In this document: piece by piece, positions 54,148-64,000 of the stretch | Position numbering within the stretch: position 1 is the stretch's first letter | How the letters are laid out: every line of letters starts with the position of its first letter | Notes under the pieces: generated by a model | Databases searched by the model: none | Seen by the model: the letters and a program-made list of their open reading frames with translations, nothing else | What the model was told of the DNA's origin: nothing | Translations under genes and position numbers: made by a program | Source: Mobula hypostoma | Lineage: Eukaryota | NCBI RefSeq assembly: GCF_963921235.1 | Contig: NC_086108.1 | Span: forward strand, 112,222,001-112,286,000 | Direction of reading: 5' to 3' | Length of the DNA: 64,000 bases

Positions 54148-57100
54148 CTGTAACCAGAAGTGAAAATTGGGCTCAGTAAACTAAAGTTTTCACTACTACG
54201 CTAAGAGTCAAAGAAAAAATGGCAGATTCAAACAAAGGACTGTCACACAACTCCCAATGCTTGCAATTCATAAACTTAACTGCGTACTGTATGGATTTAG
54301 ATTGTCAAAAGCCACAGGTTACAACCATGAACAGAAGCAGCACATCAAATTATTAAACCATTAATTCAATTTTTGCATACTTATGGAAGTTCAAATTCCA
54401 CGAATTGATCTACTACCTACATGGCATTATTTTTTTACAATTTTGGGAGTTGCTACTACAACCCATTTTAGTTACAACCAAATTGGGGGGGAAAAATCTA
54501 AGAAAACATTTCTTGAAACATTTTGGTCGACATCAATAGTGGCCTACATTTAAACAACTCAAACTTATTTTCAACTACAAAACTTTCAAATGATGGCAAA
54601 AGCATTCAAATAGGCCATTTGACCCATCGGGTCTGCTCTATCAGGCTGATTTATTATTCCTCTCAACCCCATTCTCCTGCCTTCTCCCTGTAACTTTTGA
54701 TGCCCCCAAATCAAGAACCTACTAACTTCCACCATAAATATACCCAATGACTGGCCTCCACAGCCATCTGTGGTGATGAATTCCACAGATTCACCAGCCT
54801 CGGGCTAAAGAAATTACTGATCTTTGTTCTAAAAGTCCTATTCTGTGGCTATGGCCTGTCCCAGAGCTCCACACTACAGGAAACATCCACCCCATGTCCA
54901 ATCTATCTTGGCCTTTCAATATTCAATAGGCTTCTATGAGTTCAGCACATACTAGATGGGCCAAAGGGCCTGCTTCTGTGCTATAGTACTCTATGACTCA
55001 AAGGAATTCTGGGTCACCATGTCCTGTGTATAAACAGAATCAAATCTGGTCAAAAAATCTGTTTACTTCCATCCTTGCCTGCATGGCTGACAATAGCACA
55101 TAATATTCCCTTCTAGGCAAATACTTTCAGAGGAATGCAATGGTCACAGAACACAAGTAGTGCAACGCTCTGGTACATTACTACTCTTCAGGCAGTACAA
55201 ATCTTACAAGCATGTTGCTGCTTGCACGACATTCCAGCTGAATCCAGATAACTGATTCTTTACTAATGCTGATATTATCAGGTAAATTTTAACCAAACAT
55301 ACACTCAGTTCTGAAATTAACCCTCAATTGAACCATTCTGACTGGAAATTACTTCACATGCATACTAGCTCATTAGCAGATGGCGTACTTTTCATTCACA
55401 TACCTGTTCGCACAAGTTGATACACTATCAGTGATCAATGCTCTCGTTGGTTCCAATCAGCCTAGTCCACATGCAGTAAAATGCAGAATAGATAACAGAT
55501 TCCTATACAACAGCCACAGCAGCGTCGCGGTTAGCACGACAGCTCAGGGCATTGGAGTTCAATTCGACAGACGCTGTAACAAAGTTTGTATGCCCTCACT
55601 GTGATCACCTGGGTTTCCTCCTACAGTCCAAAGACTTATTGATCAGTAGATTAATTGGTCATTGTAAATTGTCCTGTGATTAAGCTAGAGTTAAATCAGT
55701 GGGGTGTTGGGTGACACGGCTTGGTGGGAAGGATAGGCCTGTTCCAAGTTGTATATCTAATAATAAAACAAAAATTCTCATCCCACTACATTTCCCCCGC
55801 GTTTAATTAACTATTTAGCATCTATTTACCAGTGAACATTCTGCTTTTAAGTAGCAAAATACAAAACAAGTCTAACGAATTTCTAACAATTATAGACATC
55901 TCCATTAATACTCATTTCCTGTAGGCCAACAATTGGGAATAGAATCTCAGGACAGGTGGAAAACCAAGAAATCCCATGTATTAATGAGGACCACAAACCC
56001 TTATACATCAAATTGCAAAAGATCAGAAATAATTTAAAACTACTATCAAGGTGGTGGTACAGGAGTCTGAAAACAACGTTTCAGGAACAACTTCTTCCCC
56101 TCCACCATCAGATTTTTCATAGGACCATGAACACTACCTCATTTTGTGCACTTTGTACTATGAATTTAATTGATATATTTTATCATACTTCTTATTGTAA
56201 TGTTTTCTTTTATCAATTGCTCTGTACTGCTACCAGGCAACATATTTCAGAACACTGTATGCCATTGATATTAAACCTGATTCTGATATCACCGAAAGTT
56301 GTCGTTTCTCGGCAACTGCACAGTACAATAGATATCTATAACTTATAATATATAAATAAATTAAATTAGTGCAAGAGTAAAAAATGAAAATGAATTAATA
56401 TCCTTCTGTTTATTGAGAACTGGAACATTCAATTCACCTTTCATAGTTATGAATAACCTTAGATGCATCAATATTAGTTTATCACATGTACCAAGACAAT
56501 GAAAAGTTTTAGCTTGCATGCCACAAGTTCAAAGTAGTAAAAAGAAAACAATGTAGGATTATAGTTAGAGAAAGTGCATTGCAGATGGACAGGAAGTATG
56601 GGGCTGTACTTGCTCTAATTTAGAAGAATGGGTAGGATCACATTGAAACCTATCGCATATTGAAAGGCATATAGAGCAGACATAGAGAGGATATTTACGA
56701 TAGTTGGGAGTCTGAGACCAGAGAGCACAGCCTCAGAATACAAGGACATTCTTTTAGAACAGAGGTGAGGAGCAATTTCTTTAGCCAGAGGGTGGCAAAT
56801 CTGTGGAATTTATTGCCACCGATGGCTGTGAAGGACAGTCACTGGGTATATTTAAAGTGTATTTTGATAGGTTCTTGATTAGTCACTGTCAAAAATTACA
56901 GGGAATAGGGTTAAGAGAGAATATAAATCAATGATGATGAAATGGCAGAGCAAATTCGTCAGGCCAAATGGTCTAATTATGCTGCTGTTTTATGATCTTA
57001 TATGAACTTCATCCTTTTGCATGAAAAGTTCATTCCAGTGGAATAAGAGTAAGATGGAAGCTATCCTTGAGTCTTGTGGTACACACACTCAAACTTCTGT

Positions 57101-57269
57101 ATCTTCAGTCTGATGGGAAAGATCAAGAGGGAATGACTGGGGTGGGCAAGATCTTTGATGATGTTGGTACTTAGAGAAGTTGACAGAGTTAATAGGAGGA
57201 AAGCTGGATTCTATGAATTACAACCCTGTGCAATTTCTTGCTGCATTGACTATAGAAGCTGCTTCACCA

Positions 57270-57947
57270 AGCTTGGTGTCCTGTTTCCATCCAGGGGGTC
57301 AGTGTGGACATGGTGGAGGATTACAAATACCTGGGGATACAAATTGACAATAAACTGGACTGGTCAAAGAACACTGAGGCTGTCTACAAGAAGGGTCAGA
57401 GCCGTCTCTATTTCCTGAGGAGACTGAGGTCCTTTAACATCTGCCAGACGATGCTGAGGATGTTCTACGAGTCTGTGGTGGCCAGTGCGATCATGTTTGC
57501 TATTGTGTGCTGGGGCAGCAGGCTGAGGGTAGCAGACACCAACAGAATCAACACACTCATTCGTAAGGCCAGTGATGTTGTGGAGATGGAACTGGACTCT
57601 CTGATGGTGGTGTCTGAAAAGAGGATGCTGTCCAAGTTGCATGCCATCTTGGACAATGTCTCCCATCCACTACATAATGTACTGGTTGGGCACAGGAGTA
57701 CATTCAGCCAGAGACTCATTCCACCGAGATGCAACACAGAGCGTCATAGGAAGTCATTCCTGCCTGTGGCTATTTAAATTACAACTCCTCCCTTGGAGGG
57801 TCAGACACCGAGCCAATAGGCTGGTCCTGGACTTATTTCCTGGCATAATTTACATATTACTATTTAAGGTTTTATTACTATTTAATTATTTATGGTGCAA
57901 CTGTAATGAAACCCAATTTCCCCTGGGATCAATAAAGTATGACTATG
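57270..57947 (+). mobile_element. Young Rex/Babar 3' fragment
   Basis: ORF 57304-57777 (YKYLG...KGQSRLYFLRRLRSF) with AATAAA and TATGAC tail. Confidence 0.88.
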
Positions 57948-58794
57948 TATTCAGATAAGATGCTTTTTATGGTGCATCTCAAAAGTAAAATCAGAGTCAC
58001 TGGGAACATACCAAATTGTCTTTGCTTTCTGGAGAGAGACATGCTGGAGCTTTCTTGGTCTTGGGGGCCATGGAGTTGCACAAAGATCAAGTATTTGTGA
58101 TATTTACAAGTAGATAAAAATCACCAGGGCTGGAAAAATAGTATTCCAAGCAATTTTTTAAAAAGCAGATAAGCATTTTTCAATCCTGTGATGAAAAGCG
58201 CCATGCTAGAGATTTAGACATAGAAAATAAAACACTAGCACAGTACAGGCCATTCTGCCCATGATAGTGTGATGACCTTACAATCTACTGTAAGATCAAT
58301 CTAACCCTTCCCTCCTATATGGTACTATGTTTCTATCATCCATGTGCCTATCTAACAGTTTCTTAGAGTTGTGATGGAGGGAAAATTAAAACTGAACTGC
58401 AAGATTGCTAACTTCATTTGACAAGTACAAGACAAAGCATTCAAGGAAGACAACTATAACAAAAGATACATTGAGACAAGTCAGCAGACAAACGTGTAGC
58501 TGATGAGTTGTTGCAGAGGCAGGGTTTCTGATTTGTGGATCACTGGGATCTCTTCTGGGGAAGATGTGACTTGTACAAAAGGGACAGGTTACATCTGAAC
58601 TCGAGAGAAACCACTGTTCTTGTGGGCAGATTTGCTACAGCTGTTGGGAGGTCTAAACTAAAGTTCAAAGTAAATTATTAAAGTACATATTTGTCATCAT
58701 ATACTATCCTGCAAGCAAGAAAATTAATCCAAGATGGTGCTGGTGATACATGGTGCTGCTTTGTAGGCAGCTCACAAAACATCTGAACTAATCT

Positions 58795-59980
58795 GAGCCG
58801 TAGATGTAGCCTATATGGATTTCAACAAGGCATTTAACAAAGTACCCCGTGCAAGGCTTATTGAGAAGGTGAGACAGCATGGGAATCCAAAGGAACATTG
58901 CTTTGTGGATTCAGAGTGGTTGTAGATGGGTCATATTCTGCATGGAAGTCGGTCACCAGTGGTGTGCCTCAGGGATCTGTTCCGGGACCCCTACTCTACA
59001 TGATTTTTATAAATGGCCTGGATGAGGAAGTGGAGGGATGAGTTAGTAAATTTACTGATGACACACAGGTGTGGGGGTGTTGTGGATAGTGTGGAGGGCT
59101 GTCAGAGGTTACAGCAGGACATTGATAGGATGCAAAACTGGGCTGAGAAGTCGCAGATGGAGTTCAACCCAGATAAGTGTGAGGTGGTTCATTCTGGTAG
59201 GTCGAATATGATGACAGAATATAGCATTAATGGTAAAACTCTTGGCAGTGTAGAGTATCAGAGGGATCTTGGGGTCCGAGTCCATAGGACACTCAAAGCA
59301 ACTGCGCAGATTGACTCTGTGGTTAAGAAAGCATACGGTGCATTGGCCTTCATCAATCATGGGATTGAGTTTAGGAGCCAAGAGGTAATGTTGCAGCTAT
59401 ATAGGACCCTGGTCAGACCCCACTTGGAGTACTGTGCTTCGTTCTGGTTACCTCACTACAGGAAGCATGTGGAAACCACAGAAAGAGTGCAGAGGAGATT
59501 TACAAGGATGTTGTCTGGATTGTGGAGCATGCCTCATGAGAATAGGTTGAATGAACTCGGCCTTTCCTCCTTGGAGCAACAGAGGATGAGAGGTGACCTG
59601 ATCGAGGTATACAAGATGATGAGAGGCACTGATCGTGTGGATTGCCAGGGGCTTTTTCCCAGGGCTGAACTGGCTAGCACAAGAGGGTACAGTTTAAGGT
59701 GCTTGGAAGTAGGTATGGAGGAGATGTCAGGGGTAAGTGGTTGTTGTTGCTGTTTTTTTTTAAAAAAATATATGCAGAGAGTGGTGAGTGTATGGAAGGG
59801 GCTGCCAGCGACGGCGTGGAGGTGGATACAATAGGGTCTTAGACAGCTACATGCAGCTCAGAAAAAGAGGGGGCTATGGGTAACCCTAGATAATTTCTAA
59901 GGTAAGGACATGTTCAGCACAGCTTTGTGGGCCAAAGGGCCTGTATTGTACTGTATTTTCTATTTTTCTGTGTTCTATAT
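58795..59980 (+). mobile_element. CR1 RT 3' portion
   Basis: ORF 59013-59834 (MEFNPDKCEV, LVRPHLEYC) and TTCTAT tail. Confidence 0.85.
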
Positions 59981-60099
59981 TCACTTTCACTTCAATGCTG
60001 GAGGCTGTAATCTCCCTTTAAAGAAGGTTGGTAGGATGATGGGAACCATAGGGTTAGGTCAGAGGATGGAGGAATGGGTGTAAAGGTAGATGCAGAGAG

Positions 60100-62620
60100 T
60101 CTAAGGATAGGCAGTGGGTGATATGAAATGTGCTTACTTTAATGCAAGTATTAAGAACAAGAGTGACGGACTCATGATATTATGACCATTACTGAAACTT
60201 GGCTGTGCAAGGGCAGGATTAGGTGTTTGATGTCCCAGGACTTAGATGAGATAAAAGAGGGGGAGGAGTGTCATTGGTAATCAGGGAAGATATCAGAACC
60301 GCAGAAAGGAAAAATGTCCAGGAGAGAAGTCAGAAAGGGAGCAATCACTATGGGGAGTATTAAGCACCAATAGTAACTGGAACACTGAGAAAAGAGTGGG
60401 AGGAAGATTTTGGAAAGATGCAAAAACATGGCTGTTGTCATGTATGACTACAACTTCCCTAATATTGATTAGTACCTTTTTAGTACAAAAGTTTAAATGG
60501 AGCAAAAAGTATGTAGTGTGTATAGGATGGATTCCGAATACAGCTTGTGAACAGGCTAACTAGAAGAGGCTATACAGGATCTAATCAGATGACAGACCTC
60601 AGTAGGCAAGCATTTCAGAGATAGAAGCTGCCTGACCTGCTGAGTTTCTCCAGCATTTAATGTGTTGCTCTGGATTTCCAACATCTGCAGAATCACCTGT
60701 TTATGAACAGTTTATTCCCCTTCATACATCTTGCCTGAATTACTGAGTTTCTCCATCATTTTGTGTGTGTTTCAGAAATAGTAACAATTCCCTGACATTT
60801 ATATAGCCATGGACAAGGATAGGAGCAGATGATATGCAAAATTATTTAACTGGTGGAGGGATAATTATGAAGGAAACAGGCAGAAACTTGGAAGTGTAAA
60901 TTGGGAACAGACGTACCTAACAGAAATGTGGATGCTTAGGGGCCATTTGCATGATGTTCTAGATTAGTTTGTCCCACTTAGATAGGGAAAGGATGGTAGG
61001 GTGAACAAGGATGGTATTCTCAAGAAAAGTGGAACATTTAGTCAAATGAAAGGATATTTAAGGTTTAGAAAGCAAAAATCAGACAGGGTTCTTGAAAGCT
61101 AAAAGCTAGTCAGGAAGCAGCTTAAGAAGTGACTTGGGAGAAATGAGAAGAACAGAGACACGGCTGTAGTGAGTGTAGGGGCACTCAGAGATAAAGGGGA
61201 AGTTTGCCTGAGGGAGACCAGGTTAAGGGAGGTCATAAATGAATACTTTGCTTCAGTGTTCACCAGTGAGATGCACTTTGACAAGTGTAACATCAGTGTA
61301 TGTGCTGGAGATGTAGAGGTCAAGAAAGATGCCGTGTTGGAGTGTCTGAAAAGCACGATAGCTATGTTCCTCGGGCCAGTCAGGATATACCCCAGGTTAC
61401 TACAGGAAACAAGAGAAGATATTGCTGGAGCCTTGACGTTCTTTTGTGTCTTTACTGGCCATAGTAGTCCTAGAGGATAAGAGGATGGCAAATATTTCTC
61501 TGTTTAAGGTAGGTAATAGGAATAATCATAGAAATTATAGACTAGTTAGTGAGTCTTACAACAATGATGGACAAACAAATGGAGATGATTCTTAGGCAAG
61601 GCATTACAAGCATTTGGAGAAGCACAGGCTGATTAAGGGTAGTGAACATGGCTTTGTGAGGGACAGGTCATGTCTCATGGACCTGATTAATGTTTTTAAA
61701 AATGATGACAAAACAAACTGATGAAGGTAGAGCAGTGGATGTGGTATATATGAATTGCGTTTGACAAGGTTGCCCAAGGCTCATCTAGAAAGTCATGAGG
61801 CACAAGATCCATAGAAATTAGGCTGCAGAGATTTGGAAGTGGCTTGCCCACAGAAGGCAGAGTGTGATGGTAGATGGAGGGTATTCTACCTAGAGGTCTG
61901 ACTTGTGATGTTCCAAAGGGATATCCATTTGCAGTTTTTATAATGAGGAAGTGGAAGGGAGGGATAGCACGTTTACAGATGACATGAACGCTTGGTGTGA
62001 ATAGTGTAGAAGTTGGCATAGGTTACAATAGCATATTGACATGGTGCAGAGCGGGGCAGAGGAGCGGCAGATAGAATTCAATCTGGAAGAGCGTAAAGTG
62101 AAAATTGATCTTGAAGAAAGTACAGAGTTAATAGCTGGATTCTTAGCAGTCAGGAGGAACAGAGATTTGGGATTTATATCCATAGACTCCGTAAAGTTGC
62201 TACACAATTTGATAGATGATTAAGGTGTGTGGTATGTTGGCTTTCATTAATTCAGGGATTGGGTAATGTTGGAACTCTAAAAACTTTGGTTAGACTACAC
62301 TTGGGAGTATTGTGTTCTGTATGGTCACCTCAAAAGGAAGGATTGAGAGGCTTTGGAAAGAGTGCAGAAGAGATTTACCTGAATGCTGCCTTGACTAGAG
62401 AACATGTTCTGGGGAAGCTTAGTGAGTTAGGGATTTTCTTTGGCACAAAGGTGAATAGAGACAACTTGAGAGAGCTGTACAAAGATCAGAGCCAGTAGAC
62501 AGTCAAATACTTCCCCAGGGCAGAAATACCAGAGGGCATCCTTTTAAGGTAACTGGAGGAATGTTTATGTGAGATTTCTGAGAGTTCTTTCACAAAAAAA
62601 TGGTGGTAAGTGGCTGGTAC
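60100..62620 (+). mobile_element. Old, heavily decayed CR1 ORF2
   Basis: Remnant motifs INEYFASVFT, YPRLL..IAGAL and LVRLHL. Contains a PLE-repeat insert at 60625-60769. Confidence 0.7.
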
Positions 62621-62665
62621 ACTGTGAATTGACATTACTTTATTAATACATCTTCCATATACATT

Positions 62666-62945
62666 AGGCCAGCTGGTGGCATAGTGGCATCAGCACTGGA
62701 CTTTCGGGGTGAGAGGTCCCGAGTTCGAATCCGGCCTGCTACCTTGTACGCTCTCCATCCGTGCCTGGGTTGAGTGTCGAGCTAACAACTCAACTTCTTT
62801 AAAAAAAACCTGGAGAGGGATGGGCTCCACCAGGTTTCAGATGCCCAAGACATACCATACAATGAGCATACCAAAAAGATCGGTGCAAAGAAGCCTGTCA
62901 TGACGGCGCCCTAACGACTCTACCAGGAGTTAAGGGCGCACACGC
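62666..62945 (+). mobile_element. tRNA-derived SINE
   Basis: A-box TGGCATAGTGG (62677-62687), B-box GTTCGAATCC (62723-62732); candidate TSD ATACAT at 62659-62664 and 62946-62951. Confidence 0.75.
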
Positions 62946-62951
62946 ATACAT

Positions 62952-63977
62952 GGAGTTAAAAACTTTTACGTTATGTCGCCCTTCAAATGTGCAATTATAG
63001 TAATTTATTACAGGGTAGTCAATATAACCCAAAATACAGTTGTGTCAGCATGAATTAAGCAGTCTGATGGCCTGGTGGAAGAAGCTGTCCCAGAGCCTGT
63101 TGGTACTGGTTTTTATGCTGTGGTACCTTTTCCTGGATGGTAGCAGCTACACACACACACCCGTCTTTGTAAATGTCCTGAATAGAGGGAAGTTCACATC
63201 TACAGATGCACTGGACTGTCCACACCACTCTCTGCAGAGTCCTGCAATTGAGGGAAGTACAGTTCCCATACCAAGCAGTGATGCAGCCAGTCAATGTTCC
63301 CCAATAGAAAGTTCTTAGAAGATGGGGGCCCATACCAAACTTCAACCATCTGAGCCAGTACGTACAGACCATGAGATCCTCGGTGATTACACCGAGAAAC
63401 TTGAAACTGTTCACCCTCTCAACCCCAGGTCTATTGCTGTCTATAGGGGTTTGCCTGTCTCCATTCCTCCTGTAATCCACAACCAGGTCCTTTATTTAGG
63501 CAATGATGATGGAGAGGTTGTTTTCTTGACACCCTGTATCAGGGTGATGACTTCCCCTCCACAGGTTGCCTCATTACTATTTGAGATTAGGCCAGTGTAG
63601 TGTCGTCGGCAAATTTAATTAGCAGATTAGAGCTGTGGTTGGTGACACAGTCATGGATATTCAGAGAGTAAAGGAGAGGGCTTAGTACACAGCTCTGACT
63701 GGCACCTGTGTTGAGGGTCAGAGGTGGGGGAGCTCACTCTTACCACCTGTTGGCGATCTTGACAGGAAGTCCAGGATCCAGTTACACAAGGCAGGGTGAA
63801 GACTGAGGTTTCTGAGCTTCTTGTCAAGCCTGAAGGGAATTATGGTGTTGAATGCTAAACTCTACTCCAAGAACAACATTCTCACATAAGCATCTCTTCT
63901 CCAGCTGTGTAAGGACGGTGTGTAGAGCTGTGGCTATTGCGTCATCTGTCAATCAGTTATGTTGGTAGGCAAATTGC
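62952..63977 (-). mobile_element. Rex/Babar-type LINE fragment
   Basis: VERVNSFKFLGV, GCITAWYGNC and LQRVV motifs; FADDT upstream near 63600. Confidence 0.75.
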
Positions 63978-64000
63978 CAATATAACAGGAAGTCTTAAGA

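Noticed and set aside
62670..62745. tRNA gene
   Set aside because: A and B boxes are present but there is no convincing acceptor stem; it continues into a SINE body with a candidate TSD.
1..64000. CRISPR array, retron or other prokaryotic RT/nuclease system
   Set aside because: No repeat-spacer array or operon structure. The RT and GIY-YIG motifs belong to eukaryotic retroelements within introns of a spliced vertebrate gene.
54148..64000. SYDE2 first exon or promoter
   Set aside because: No CpG-rich island or recognisable coding exon seen; the region is repeat-dominated.

Overview
Eukaryotic, vertebrate genomic DNA. The repeat content (CR1, Rex/Babar, HE1-type V-SINEs, Penelope-like elements) suggests a cartilaginous fish, probably a ray; this is inference. 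The window lies inside one minus-strand gene, SYDE2 (C2 + RhoGAP protein). Three coding exons with phase-compatible GT-AG junctions are visible: 54147-53443, 40363-39267 and 10826-10700, the last missed by the ORF track. The first and last exons were not found and probably lie outside the window. The introns are mostly transposon-derived: young and old CR1 LINEs (one near full length), Rex/Babar and RTE fragments, a solo LTR, SINEs and MITEs. The most striking feature is a family of Neptune-type Penelope-like element (PLE) insertions carrying minimal hammerhead ribozymes. Several are fold-back (inverted) structures from 156 bp to 2.5 kb, bounded by 11-14 bp target-site duplications (TSDs). Most ORFs in the track are transposon fragments or their antisense shadows. 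Repeat boundaries are approximate unless a TSD is cited.
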